This document shows positions 39,667 through 58,349 of a stretch of DNA of 64,000 bases, in pieces (positions within the stretch are counted from its first letter, which is position 1; the number at the start of each line of letters is the position of its first letter). The translations under genes were made by a program, and so were the position numbers. This DNA comes from the human T2T-CHM13v2.0 reference genome, Homo sapiens. Location of the stretch: assembly GCF_009914755.1 (NCBI RefSeq), contig NC_060934.1; one strand, given 5' to 3'. The notes beneath the pieces were generated by a model. It worked only from the letters and a program-made list of their open reading frames with translations, did not search any database and was not told the origin of the DNA.

Positions 39667-40240
39667 TGCCAAGGCTTGAGTAGGTAAACAAAGCAGCCAG
39701 GAAGCTCGAACTGGATGGAGCCCACCGAAGCTCAAGGAGGCCTGCCAGCCTCTGTAGACTCCACCACTGGGGGCAGGGCATTGCCAAACAAAAGGCAGCA
39801 GAATCCTCTGCAGACTTAAATGTCCCTGTCTGACAGCTTTGAAGAGAGTAGTGGTTCTCCCAGCATGCAGCTGGAGATCTGAGAATGGGCAGAATGCCTC
39901 CTCAAGTGGGTCCCTGACCCCCGAGTAACCTAACTGGGAGGCACCCGCCAGTAGGGGCAGACTGACACCTCACACGGCAGGTACTCCTCTGAGACAAAAC
40001 TTCCAGAGGAACGATCAGGCAGCAACATTTGCCGTTCACCAATATCTGCTGTTCTCCAGCCACTGCTGCTGATACCCAGGCAACCAGGGTCTGGAGTGGA
40101 CCTCCAGCAAACTCCAACAAACCTGCAGCTGAGGGTCCTGACTGTTAGAAGGAAAACTAACAAACAGAAAGGACATCGACACCAAAACCCCATCTGTACA
40201 TCACCATCATCAAAGACCAAAGGTAGATAAAACCACAAAG
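39217..40240. promoter_or_regulatory. L1 5'UTR (sense and antisense promoter region)
   Basis: Complete L1PA 5'UTR upstream of the ORF1 ATG; many CpGs decayed. Confidence 0.75.
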
Positions 40241-41252
40241 ATGGGGAAAAAACAGAGCAGAAAAACTGGAAACTCTAAAAATCAGAGTGCTTCTCCTCCT
40301 TCAAAGGAACACAGCTCCTCACCAGCAACGGAACAAACCTGGATGGAGAATGACTTTGATGAGTTGAGAGAAGAAGGCTTCAGATGATCAAACTACTCCA
40401 AGCTAAAGGAGGAAGTTCGAACCAATGGCAAAGAAGTTAAAAACCTTGAAAAAAAATTAGACGAATGGCTAACTAGAATAAGCAATGCAGAGAAGTCCTT
40501 AAAGGACCTGATGGAACTGAAAACCAAGGCACGAGAACTACGTGAAGAATGCGGAAGCCTCAGTAGCCGATTCAATCAACTGGAAGAAAGGGTATCAGTG
40601 ATGGAAGATCAAATGAATGAAATGAAGCGAGAAGAGAACTTTACAGAAAAAAGAATAAAAAGGAACAAACGAAGCCTCCAAGAAATATGGGACTATGTGA
40701 AAAGACCAAATCTACATCTGATTGGTGTACCTGAAAGTGATGGGGAGAATGGAACCAAGTTGGAAAACACTCTGCAGGATATTATACAGAACTTCCCCCA
40801 TCTAGCAAGGCAGGCCAACATTCAAATTCAGGAAATACAGAGAATGCCACAAAGATACTCCTTGAAAAGAGCAACTCCAAGACATAATTGTCAGATTCAC
40901 CAAAGCTGAAATGAAGGAAAAAATGTTAAGGGCAGCCAGAGAGAAAGGTCGGGTTACCCACAAAGGGAAGCCCATCAGACTAACAGCGGATCTCTCAGCA
41001 GAAACTCTACAAGCCAGAAGAGAGTGGGGGCCAATATTCAACTTTCTTAAAGAAAAGAATTTTCAACCCAGAATTGCATATCCAGCCAAACTAAGCTTCA
41101 TAAGTGAAGGATAAATAAAATCCTTTACAGACAAGCAAATGCTGAGAGATTCTGTCACCATCAGGCCTGCCCTACAAGAGCTCCTGAAGGAAGCACTAAA
41201 CATGGAAAGGAACAACCGGTACCAGCCTCTGCAAAAACATGCCAAATTGTAA
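40241..41252 (+). pseudogene. L1 ORF1, disrupted
   Basis: ATGGGGAAAAAACAG start; TGA at codon 49 (40385-40387); further frameshifts and stops. Confidence 0.92.
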
Positions 41253-41315
41253 AGACCATCAAGGCTAGGAAGAAACTGCATCAACTAACGAGCAAAATCA
41301 CCAGCTAACATCATA

Positions 41316-45135
<3,820 letters not shown>

Positions 45136-46291
45136 ACAATGAGAACACATGGACACAGGAAGGGGAACATCACACACCGGGCCCTGTTGTGGGGTGGGGG
45201 TAGGGGGGAGGGATAGCATTTGGAGATATACCTAATGTTAAATGACGAGTTACTGGGTGCAGCACACCAACATGGCACATGTATACATATGTAACAAGCC
45301 TGCACGTTGTGCACATGTACCCTAAAACTTAAAGTACAATAAGAAAAAAAAGAAAAAAACAAGGACAGGAAGACTCAATATTGTTAAGATGTCAATTCTT
45401 CCTAACTAGATCTATAGAGACTTGATGAAATCTCAATTCAAATCTCAACAAGCTATTTTTTGGTTATTGACAAACAGATTCCACAGTTTATATGAAAAGT
45501 CAAAAGACCCAGAATAGAAAACAAAATGTTAAAGGAGAAAAACAAAGTCAGAAGACTGACATATTGGACCTCAAGACTTACCACAAAGCTATAGCAGTCA
45601 AGAGTGTATGGTATTGGGGAAGGAACAGAAAAGCAGACAAATGGAGCAGAATAGGGAGCACAGAAACAGGCCTACACAAGTATAGTCAACTGATCCTTGA
45701 CAAAGGACAAAGGCAACCCAATGGAGAAAAATCATTTTTTCAACAAATGGTGCTGGAACAACTGAACACCCACAAGCAAAAAATAAAAAGATTCTAAACA
45801 CAGACCTTACACTTTCACAAAAATCAACTCAAAATGGATCCCAGACATATATGCAAAATGCAAAACTACAAAACTCCTAAAAGACAACATAGGAGAAACT
45901 GAAGGTAACTTTGGCAATGACCTTTCTTTAAATCACATTTTATCGCAGTTTATTTGTAGAAGCAATTAGAAATCAGAATACTGAAAACTCTTTGCTATAC
46001 ATCAAAATTTCCTTTTTTTTAAAATTACGAGGTGATGCCTATACATGGATATGGCATTTTTTTTCTTAACAATTTGTAGAGATGAAGATAACTGGATTAA
46101 AACTATTAAAAATGGAATATTGGTTTCTTTCAGGCATTATTGGTTAAATTAGTGAAATTCAAAGTGGAAAAATATGCTAGATATCTATTAAAATGGTCAT
46201 TTCAGCTATGGTAGCTAATTACTCTTTTAGTAGACATTTTAAGAGTCTTTCATAAAGTATAGAAATTGAATGGCTATTAAACATTTATTCG

Positions 46292-47220
<929 letters not shown>

Positions 47221-48599
47221 TGCTCTTAACTGTTCAGAAAAAAAATGAATTAATGTCATATATTCTGTTAAACTATCAGAATGAGAAAAGATATTTTTTT
47301 GACTCTTAAGTCCTCAGGAAGTTAAGTAAGCAAAGATCCTCCCAAAAGCCACTTAGATTGGAGCAAGGTGGCAGTGGGGAAAGGGTCACCTGATACCATC
47401 AGTATCCTTGCTAAATTTGAAGCAAACAGGGCATTGCATAGGGTGCAGGCGATTAGAGGTGGTCTGGGGGTCTGAATACCTCCCTCTTCATGGGCAATAG
47501 GCTCTGCTCAGTGTTTATGACACAGTTTTTGGCAGTCACATCACGCTGTTGACTTACACTTACCCTTTATTTTTGAACTTTGCGTATTTAGATCTTATGG
47601 ATATCTAGGGAAAGCCAATTTGGCCACTACCAGGATGCAGACATGTTCAGAGGACTAGAATTCACCTCTCTATTAAGGTAAGTGTGTACAGGAATGAGTG
47701 GGGATCCTGGCTGCTTTTGTGTCCTAGTGACATATGTAGTTCATACTCTAATTTCATACTATGAACTCCAGAGCTGCTTCCCTAAGCTATTAGAAGACCT
47801 GTGCAGGGAGGACACTGCTGTGAAAATATTGGATTGCTTCTGAAAACCTGCATTTCCAGAACCTGCTCCCTGTGAGGTTAGCTTCATTCTTATGGAAAAT
47901 AGCAGTTACACATTAAAGATTTTCAGCAGTCCCAAGCCAAGAACGCACACTATAACAGCATTGTGGCAAACACAAGCACAAACAGTTATAGGTTACTGTA
48001 GTAATCAAACATTATTGTGTGAAAGCTTGGGAATAACCTTGGGAAGCCAAATAGATGGGCTTCAGGACACATTCCACAGCTGTATCCTCACTTCTCATCA
48101 TTTCTTTTCCCAGGGCTTAGGAGAGAGCAAACTAATCTGCATACCAGTCTGCCATCTTCATTACCTAGGAGATAAACCATTTCTCCAAGGATTTCTTTAC
48201 CTCCAGCCACCAATCCTCCCCTGCAATTTAGTTTGCATTTGTATTGCTCATTTGGTTGTTATTTATAAAGTGGCAGAGATTAGGTTTCAGAGTAAAGTTG
48301 GATTTGGTGCTAGAGTTCATAACTACCTTTTTAAAAATAAAATTTCCTTAATAAGCCAAAAGAAGGGGGAATTGCTCCTGGGAGGATGCTGACTAGGTCT
48401 TAGGATGAAACATTCTTTCTGCACAATTCCTGATAGTGGTTGTTACTCTCCAGTCTCTGGCTACTGGTGCTGCATGAAGCCAGAAGCCTCACTTTGGAAG
48501 TAAAGTTACAAAATGATTAAAGGTGAGCCAGTATTTCCAGAGCTATTTGTTTCTATTAAAATGGAAGGGGAAGTTTTGAACTCTGGCTGCTGGCATAGA

Positions 48600-48996
48600 A
48601 GATATGGTTTGGATGTTTGTCCCCTCCAAATCTCATGCTGAAATGTGATTCCTAATGTTGGAGGTAAAGCCTGGTGTGAGGTGATTGGATCATGGTGGCA
48701 GATCCCTGTGAACGGCTTAGCGCCATCCCTTCGTGATAAGTGAGTTCTTGTCCAGCTCATGTGAAATCTGATTGTTTAAAAGAGTCACGGACTCTCTTTC
48801 TCTGGCTCCTACTCTCACCATGTGATGCACCTGCTCCTCCTTCGCCTTCTGCCTTGACTGGAAGTTTCCTCTTGCCAGGAGCAGATACTGGAGGCATGCT
48901 TGTACAGCCTGCAGTACCGTGAGCCAATTAAGTCTCACTTCTTTATAAATTACCCAGCCTCAGGTATTTCTTTACAGCAATGCAAGAATGGACACA
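48600..48996 (+). mobile_element. MSTB-like solo LTR
   Basis: GATATGGTTTGGATGTTTGTCCCCTCCAAATCTCATG...ATAAATTACCCAGCCTCAGGTATTTCTTTACAGCAATGC. Confidence 0.9.
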
Positions 48997-49395
48997 GGAA
49001 GAAAAATCTTGGTCAAGTCAACCTGTAAGATTTGTCCTTAGTTTTGTGCTTCTCAGTGTTGCCCAAATTAAATGATAGATTTATAAACCAGATCTCAATG
49101 TACTGATTTACAGTGAGGGGATTCTCTCTTATGAATTCTGGAACAATTAAGCCCATTGTCCTGAGCATTGTTTTCTGAAATGATAGCTCCACCTAGGGAA
49201 GGAGTCAGTATTTGGAGCCTGGTGAATTAGATTCCAGATATACAGATTAGACTACTCTTGCAGGATTTAGGCAAAGCACTGAAGGGTCATCTTCCACTGA
49301 CAAGGATTCTAGGTCTGCCTTCATAGCAATCTGGAAGCAACGCTCACCTACACTTGCATTTCGGCTCTCCTCCATTTAGTCTTTACTTCACTATG

Positions 49396-49464
49396 CACCA
49401 TGCCCAGCTAATTTTTAATTTTTTTGTAGAGATGGGGTCTTGCCACATTGCCCAGGCTGGTCTC
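49396..49464 (-). mobile_element. AluJ fragment
   Basis: CACCATGCCCAGCTAATTTTT...GTAGAGATGGGGTCTTGCC...CAGGCTGGTCTC. Confidence 0.8.
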
Positions 49465-49569
49465 TTTTAATAATTATGCAACCTCAAAGAACAGTTTTCA
49501 GCTTCACCATTAGTAACATCACTGTTATGTCCTTCTAGGTTTGTATTCTTAGAGGTTGAAAGTCCATAG

Positions 49570-49755
49570 TTAAGTACTCAGGCAAGGAGACCTGGTTGAC
49601 CTATTCTAGCATAGCCTATCTGTAGGCCTTGAGACCATTATCATTACCCTTTCTATGTCTTTAGTTTCCACATCTATAAATGGGTATATAAGTAACTCTC
49701 TTATCTCATGGAGCTATAATGGGGTTGTAAGAAATAATTCCTGTGAAGTTCTAAG
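49570..49755 (+). mobile_element. MIR
   Basis: TCTTTAGTTTCCACATCTATAAATGGG core. Confidence 0.6.
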
Positions 49756-49759
49756 TATG

Positions 49760-49850
49760 TGTGGTAGGCAGCCTCTATGGTGGCCCCAATGAGTCTCACC
49801 TCCTGGTGTTCACGTCCTTATGTAGTCCCCTCTAACAGTAAATAGGGCTG
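49760..49850 (+). mobile_element. MLT1 LTR 5' fragment
   Basis: TGTGGTAGGCAGCCTCTATGGTGGCCCCAATGA...CCTCCTGGTGTTCACG. Confidence 0.65.
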
Positions 49851-50130
49851 ATAGGGATAATTAAGACATGCATTATATCCTTAGTGGAGAATAAAGTGGC
49901 ATTGCTGTCAGCATTATTCACTGAAGAAGTGGGCCTGGCAATACAGATGTCAGCAAACTGGAGGAGAACTTAGAATTTGACTGTTCTAGTCCCTTCGCCC
50001 GAATTGTTCTTTAAAAAAATAGTTCTTCAAAATGCTCTCCAAAACGATCTTTCAGGTTCAAAGAAGTTTGGAGAATATTTAATACTAAACTATCCTTTTA
50101 GGGAGGCACCATGAACCTTTCTCTGATAAA

Positions 50131-50434
50131 TTTTTATTTTCATTTTTCTCGCTTTTTGTTTTTTTGGGACAAGGTCTTACTGTGTTGCTCAGGCTAGAGT
50201 GTGGTGGCGTGAACACAGCTCACTGCAGCCTTGATATCCCAGGCTAAGCGATACTCCTCCTTCAGCTTCCTGAGTAGCTGGTACCACACACCACCACAGC
50301 CGGTTTTATTTTTTTGTAGAGACAGGTTCTTGCCATGTTGCCCAGACTGGTTTCGAACTCCTGGGCTCAAGTAATCCTCCCATCTTGGCCTTCCAAAGTG
50401 CTAGGATTACAGGTATGAGCCACAGCTTCTGGCC
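50131..50434 (-). mobile_element. AluJ
   Basis: CACAGCTCACTGCAGCCTTGA, CTCCTGGGCTCAAGTAATCCTCC. Confidence 0.9.
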
Positions 50435-50654
50435 CTGATTTTTTTTTTTTTTTAAAATTATTATAAAAGCAATACAGGCTCTAGTAGGGGGGCAGACAAA
50501 AAACACTAAAAAATTCAAAGGAGAGCCTTCTAAAGACATCTTTAGAAGACTTCAATTTCTAATTGCCAAATTCCACTCAGGAATAGAAAGCAGCTGGGAA
50601 GATCCACATCAGATTCTTTATGTTCCACACACAGCCCCAAGCCGTTTGTCTAAC

Positions 50655-50820
50655 AACGTGGGCTTTGGAGCTAGTCAGCCTGGAGCCTCCTGGTTCTTCC
50701 ACTTGCTTTTAGACTTTAGTTAAAAGATAACTTCTGTGTAACTCAGTTTCCTTATTAGCACAACTGGGAAAATAACAATACTAACATAAGGGAATATTGT
50801 GAGAATTTAATGAAATAACA
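50655..50820 (+). mobile_element. MIR
   Basis: GGCTTTGGAG...CTCAGTTTCCTTATTAG...TTGTGAGAATTTAATGAAATAA. Confidence 0.7.
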
Positions 50821-51049
50821 GGCAAGATTTTTTTAAAAACTATTATAGACTTATTTCTGTAATGTATAGATTTATCCATTTCTGACCATTGCAAAAAAAA
50901 AAAATCACTACTTTTATAACAAATAACAGTTTAGTGACTTTTAAAATATAATTTTGAGTGGAAAAGTTCTTTTAAAGCATGGCGTGAAACTTGCAAACCA
51001 TAAAAGAATGATTGCTCAACTTGACTACATGCAAATTAGCATTTATGAA

Positions 51050-51870
<821 letters not shown>

Positions 51871-52259
51871 AAAGCTTTAAAAAGTTTTGTAGTAGAGAAA
51901 TCTTAAATTTTTTTTTAAAACTAGCACTTACTAAACTTTAGCGCCTTTGAATCCTGCTTTAAGAATAACACCAACTACCATCCATAGGAAGTAGAATTCT
52001 CTAAAAAGCACTGTAGAAAATGCTGTTCTTGTAAAAACTTTCCAACCATTAATTACCTGGAGCTGTGGCTTTAAGAATTACAAGCAGGAAAGTACTCAAA
52101 GATCAAAGGACTCAGCATAGAGGAAAAAACATCTGTGGTCTTTGTTTCTTGAGGAAGTTCTCTTCCTAGAAGAGAAGGGTTTTTTATTGTTTTTTTTGTT
52201 TTTTAGCCTGGTTGGAAATGGATGACTTTAAAATTTGCATGAAAAAAGAACAAAGGAGT

Positions 52260-53292
52260 TCTGCTTCCTTAAAGGCTGTAGACATTAGCAAAACTGAAGG
52301 TGCCTTCCACCCTAATAAAAAGTCATGTTATCTACACGGTCCTAACTTTTCTTGAGCCCATCAGGGAGCTGAGGTCCAAAGGCAACCAGGTAGACAGAAT
52401 TCCAAAGAATGACAAGGAAAGAGGCACGTGAGCTCTTTCAGTTTTGGCAGCTCATGGTGGGAAGAGGGGGCCGCCACAGAATTGGGTAAAAAAGAAAAAA
52501 AGCTAAAACAAATACTACATCTTAAAGGCTGAATATGAACCAACATGGCAGTTTAGAAACCCTGGGTGTCCCAGACACGAGAGATGACTGCTGTCACTCA
52601 CCAGCTCTTTTCCAGGGACTCCCTCACAAAGACGAGGTAGGATAGGGGCCTGGAATGGTGTCCTTCAGAGGCGAGAGGCCTGCCATCCTCACAGGCAAGA
52701 CCTGAAGCCGCTGGTGGAGGAGAGGAAGCCCTTCAGCTCCCAGCATCCAGGCTGTCCACCACTGCTGGGAGAGCAGAGTGAGCCAAAATTATCTACACCT
52801 GAGGGAACTGAGTTGTCTACACCTGGGGGACTTACGGTGCACTCTCTCCTGCCTTTTGGGAGCAGGATAGGAGCAAGAACGCTGAGAAAAGCCCGCTTAT
52901 GTGGCCCAGGTGCTCCAGGTCTGCCTGGGTCTGAGGCTGCACCTGAGGAAACATGCCTGCCTCCACCAACAACCCAGCACCAGGTAGCCAGCACCAGTGG
53001 GCTAGCTCTGGGCAGGTGCAGGGAGGAGAGCAGCAGGGACCACTGACGGCTGAGAGTGGGGCATGAAGAGCAGGCAGCAGCGGCTCACCACTAGAGGAAT
53101 TCAGATCCATGCGGCACTGAAGGTAACCTAGCACCCCAAACCCCACCTCTGCTCACCTTACTCACCAGACTGACTCAATTCCTACCTCCCGTTCCACAGA
53201 CTGGACACAGCTGAGGAAAGAAACGTGAACATTGGAGTCAGGCCAATAGAAATGGTCCAAACTGGAACCCAGTGAGAAACAAGAGTAAAAAA
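52260..53292 (+). mobile_element. Old L1M 5'UTR with ORF1 coiled-coil remnant
   Basis: GC-richer 5'UTR-like segment followed by GACTGGACACAGCTGAGGAAAGA...CAATAGAAATGGTCCAAACTGGA. Confidence 0.5.
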
Positions 53293-54643
53293 AGGCCAAG
53301 GGCTCTCCCTGAATGTTAGCTTGGAATCTAAAAATGTATCATGATTCTATGAAATCATATTGATAACTCTGATATTGTTTCCTTGATATTGTTTCCTGGT
53401 TTCTTGGACCTGTTAACATGGTGAAGGTTCCTGTCAGATCACTGTCTGGTGCGTGGTGCTCCTAACACATGATGAGAGGAATTATAAGCTTCCAATATGA
53501 CAATGACACTGGAAATTCCTTAAAAACAAAGCAGAACCCAGCGTAGTGATTGCGTAGAGGAAGAGTTTGGTAACTTTACCTCTCATCTTTGCTGTGAACG
53601 AAGTCCTCAGTGAAGAAAGGCTGGTTTTTCACAAAATGTGTCTTTTTATATCATTCCCCTTTTAAATTTGTATATTCAAATGGATCTACCCTACATGGAG
53701 GATATGCTTACAGTCATTCTCCTTTATTAGACTGTTTATTCCAGAAGCTATGACCATTTCTGCCTTTGTTTCCCCTAACTGCTGAGCAGGAGGAGAGAGA
53801 AGAAATTATGCATTTTGTGAGTGAAGAAACTAAGGCTGAAGGAGGTTGTGAATATTTTACGTTAAGGAGAGACAGGAAAAAAATCCTCTAATGTGTTGTC
53901 TTTGACTAAACTATGAGGCTGCTCCATTTTTTATCTTAGCAACTTATCATTTTTCCCAGGGTCAATGACTACTTGCAAAAAACAGTAAGTCTATATTCGC
54001 CCCAGGAAAAGATCTGATCTGAATACCAGAATACCACGGGCACATGTAGAGATATGGGTCTCCTGTTTATAGTTGATATTTCTACATTAAGATGAAACAG
54101 CTGCCAATTCAAAACTGCAGCCCTCCAGCAAAGCCCCACGGCATTATAAAAAAGCATATACTCTTGGCACTTTCCAGCTGTCAGCCTCACTGCTCACCTT
54201 TCGTCTTGCATTTTATTATAGATATTTTGACCAGGATTTTATAATGTGGAGCAGGAGAGGAATTCACCCGTTCCCTGTCATAAAACACCATCTCCACTGA
54301 GAAAACAGGGAAATTGGAGCAGAAGCTTGGTGTCTGAAAATATGATTTTGCCTGGAGAGGATCCAAGGCTGTCATCTTTGCAGGCAGCATGGCATAGTGG
54401 TTAGCTTTAGTGAGCTGCAACTTGGGATTGAGATAAAATCTAGTCCAAACTAACATTGTTTAAGTCCCTCATAAAGTGAGGAGTATGGGTGTGGGACAGG
54501 AATGAGACTGCCTGAGGGATCTAAGTGGCTGCCACAGAGGAGAGGGATGAGACGATGCTGTGCAGAGAACCAAGCAGGTATTGCAGACCTTGGCCCTGCA
54601 CACCCAATCTCTGAATAATATTGTTTGTTTTTTTTCCAGAAAC

Positions 54644-55138
54644 TGTAACCCAAGGTCCTAGGGTTTTGGATATGCACGGTGAAAAACTACCCACTTGTAA
54701 CTGTGGCACCGTGAATTCTTTGTCATCTCAAAATGTTCTAGGAAGAAGCTCAGCCCTGGAAAAACAAAAACGAGTTGGATCCAGAGATAGCTGAGTTGGA
54801 GATAAACTTTGGTGAACTCTCCTCAGTACCCTACTAAAACCCTTGCCCAGGGAGGAGCTTATTTTCCCTTTGGTTTGTACTTGTGACGTGGGTAAAAGCA
54901 TGATCAGTAACTGCACCTGCACTGCCTTTACTCCTCCGCTACATACGATGACTCAGCTGACCAGCCCAGTAAAATCCCTGTTTTTACCATTGTTCGGGGA
55001 GGAGCTATCTCGGGAACTATCCTGGATGTCTTCCTTACTTGTTGCAAATAATAAAATCTCCTCGTTACATCCTCCTTGGTTGTGGTCATTGGACTGTCAC
55101 CTGCCAGGTGATTGAACCCACCCATTGTGTGGGTAATG
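54644..55138 (+). mobile_element. Solo LTR, probably ERVL class; family not determined
   Basis: TGTAACCC...GGGTAA terminal inverted ends, AATAAA near 55050, about 495 bp. Confidence 0.65.
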
Positions 55139-57643
55139 AAAATAGTAGCTTTCACATTTCCTGTTTTATCTATATTGCTAAAATTAAATTCTCCTCTAGA
55201 TATGGATACCTACCAATAAGGGCCAATGGCTGGGGTAGAATTGGGTGAGTTCTGCATAATTTTTCAACCAAATCTCCATTTCAAATGCTGTCTCTTCTTT
55301 ATCAGGTCTGTTATTCTGCCCTTTGGAAATCTCCTTCTATGGGTAGGGCTTTTCCCAGTTCTGCATGTGGGGTTGAACTTGCAGATAACACTTGATGCTT
55401 ATGGCAGAGGAACAAGGTTTTGCCTGTCTCTTCTCAGGTGCTATTTCCTTAGGAAACTGGCTGTGACATGTACGCCTGGAGAGCCACCGCTGTGCTGTCT
55501 TGGGAGCCTCCTGAAGGCCTGGGAGACAGACCCTTGGCTCTTACTTCTTTGCAGATTCGTATGGCTTACCAGCATTTAGTCTCCTGTTTCTCACTCCAAA
55601 TCCAGTGATCTAGTTTCTGCATCACAGATTTTAAATACGGCTGTTCTCCAGATATATACGATTATAATTCAAAACACATACAAATACCACGTTAAGAGAA
55701 TGCAGTTTTTTTGAAAGATAAAAAGCAGATAAATCATGTATGTATCTTATGGTTGCAATAATAGCTACACTAATGTTTATGTCAAATCTCAAACGAGAAC
55801 AAATAGCTTAACTAATGGTGTGTAACAACTCCCACTGTGAAATACAATAGGACTTGTTAGTTCACCATGTAGGATACTTGGAAAAAATGGATTTTTGAAT
55901 AATCTGGGATAAGCTGACCTATTTTTTTATGTAAGAGGAGAATAGAAGTTGCTTTGAATTTAATATGCCTTACTACCAAAAACCTATAAAAGTTTTACTT
56001 TACGGACATAAAGTCTCAGTAATGAGAAGGTATTTTGGTATATTTATAACCTCTAATTGCAATAGGTCAATTATGTGTATGTTATACATTATATAGGTGT
56101 GTGTGTTGTGTGTTAATACATTATATGTGAGTGTGCTATATGTATATGTTTGAAAAAGAGATTACTCTTCACCTGATGGGATAATTCAATTGAGTTGAAT
56201 CATAAAACTTTATTTTTATACTCTAGGTATTTCAAAATCACCATTGTAAATGTGAAAATATAAATGTTGGAAATACTGTAAACCTTGTTTTATGGATTCA
56301 TTTAATTTTAAATATGAGTGATTTATTTTCGTTGAGTCAACATTTTAGAAGAACAAAGTTATGAAATATTAAAGAGAAAAAATTTTACCTTTATTTTCTT
56401 GCAACTGAGGGTACACATTCCAAAGGACAGTCTTGGTGATATAAAGCTGGGCTCACAAAAGAATGTCTTCAAACACTTGTTAATCACCTCAGGAGAGGAA
56501 GTTGTGACATCCACATTTTTTTGTTGTTGTTATTCACCGATGAGCACATAGATGAAAGGTTATAGCTGGTCCTCACTTGAAATGGTACTTCACATGCGTG
56601 TTCATTAAATTTATGATAACTGAATTTACTAAGAACTATAGTTTATGAATGGAATCCAAAATTTTGCTATTGGATAACCTCTAAAAAGACATTGCAGTGG
56701 GTTTTTGTTGCCCTGGAATTCCACTGGCTGCTTTCAAATCCTACAGATTGGTTGAACATAATATAAAAAGAACTTCTGGGTTAGTAAGCCAGCCAAGGGA
56801 CACTGAATATTCAATGAGTAATGTTCTCAATGCCAGCTCACAGATATAGCTCAGCCTCTCTTAGTCAAAATGGAGTTGACACTGTGCCCTCTCAGGAAAG
56901 AATCCTAATGCTATATTAGTAACTTTCAATCAAGTTAATGAAAAGATTGCCATTTTGGAGGATAATCCTTGGCATAGGCCTGTAGTATTCTCTGCATTTT
57001 AAAAGTTTAAAATAATTTTACTGAGGAATGTCCTGGAGTCATCAATCTAGATCAGCTTTTCCAGTTACTACATGCTCTTTTAAAATTGGGATTCAAATAT
57101 TCTTTTATTTCAGGAAAAGTATTTTTGAACTATACATTTAAATATGTTATATATATATTTTTTTAGTTTTAGCCACTGGAAGGTGGCTGAGGACCTAGTA
57201 ACACTCTGAGGCATCCTTTTTAATTGATCATAAATGAGCATCTTTCTAGCATCCTCATCTGTGGGCATCTGAAGGTATCCACTCTTTAGATCTGATTCTG
57301 AATATTATTGATTCCCTTCATAAGCTACCAGGGCAGCCTAAATTTCAGGGAGTGGGTATTGATCTACTTTGGTATAATTATTCTGCCTATGATGACCAAT
57401 TCTAATTTTGCTTTTTATTTGCTGCATACCCATGACAGGAGATACATAGGGCTTCCGAGACACAGATATAAAGCTATTGACTAAAAATTATTGAATATCA
57501 TCTCAAAATCATTAACTGTAACAGAGCTATTCTTCTTGAGAAGTTCTTCCTAAAAGGTTTAGGATCTCACAAAACTGGATCTAGCTGCTCCTCTTTTCCA
57601 CAGCTCCCAACATACTCAGTGTATGTAGCACCTCACTCCTAGC

Positions 57644-57863
57644 CAGTGGTGTGCTGGCAAATAAATGTTTAACAACTGGCTCTCTGGGAGAAAAACCAAA
57701 TTAAAACAAACAAACAAAAATCCCTCCATTATAGCACCTGCCAATTTTGTGGTATAAATACTTTCATCCTGGCTGATTTCAAGCTACAAATATGATGTCA
57801 CTGAACATGGAGTTGGGAAGAGATCCTTGCAATCAGGTGTGAGCTTGCTCCAGCACACCATTG
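57644..57863. mobile_element. MER63-type hAT DNA transposon
   Basis: TIRs CAGTGGTGTGCTGG / CCAGCACACCATTG; 8-bp TSD CTCCTAGC / CTCCTTGT. Confidence 0.85.
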
Positions 57864-58136
57864 CTCCTTGTCCAAAAGCCTCACTTTTAACCTCTGCTTT
57901 CCTCCTGCACGTGCTGGAAAACTGTTGAACTTGAAGTGATTCAAACTCGGTTTCCCTTGGTCCGACTCTGTGAACTTGATCAGCTGGAGTGGAGGAAGCT
58001 GTCTTTGGTTGTTACTACGTGGTGGCATATATGCATCCAACGTTACATAGCAGAAACTTTAGCTGAATACATTTCCCCAATTACTACAAGCAACATGAGT
58101 CTAGAGTTAGTCCCAATTACTCTTGCTAGTTGAATC

Positions 58137-58349
58137 TGGTAGTACTCAACTGAGAGTGATTTTCCTGCCCGATAACATTTGGTAATGTCTGGAGACATTT
58201 TGAATGTCACAACTGGGGAGACAGTGGTATGGCATATACTGAGTAGGGGCCAGAGACTCTGCTAACATCCTACAATGCACAGGACAATCTGCACAACAAA
58301 GAATTATCTGGCCCAAAATGCCAATAGTGCTGAGGGTGAGAAAGCCCGG
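58137..58349 (+). mobile_element. MER20 (hAT-Charlie)
   Basis: ACATTTGGTAATGTCTGGAGACATTT...CATCCTACAATGCACAGGACA...AAGAATTATCTGGCCCAAAATG. Confidence 0.9.

Noticed and set aside
47892-48392. 166-aa ORF
   Set aside because: No recognisable homology or exon structure; composition looks like non-coding DNA
56383-56490. Possible minus-strand exon ending at an AG|GTAAAA donor
   Set aside because: Weak acceptors and no recognisable peptide
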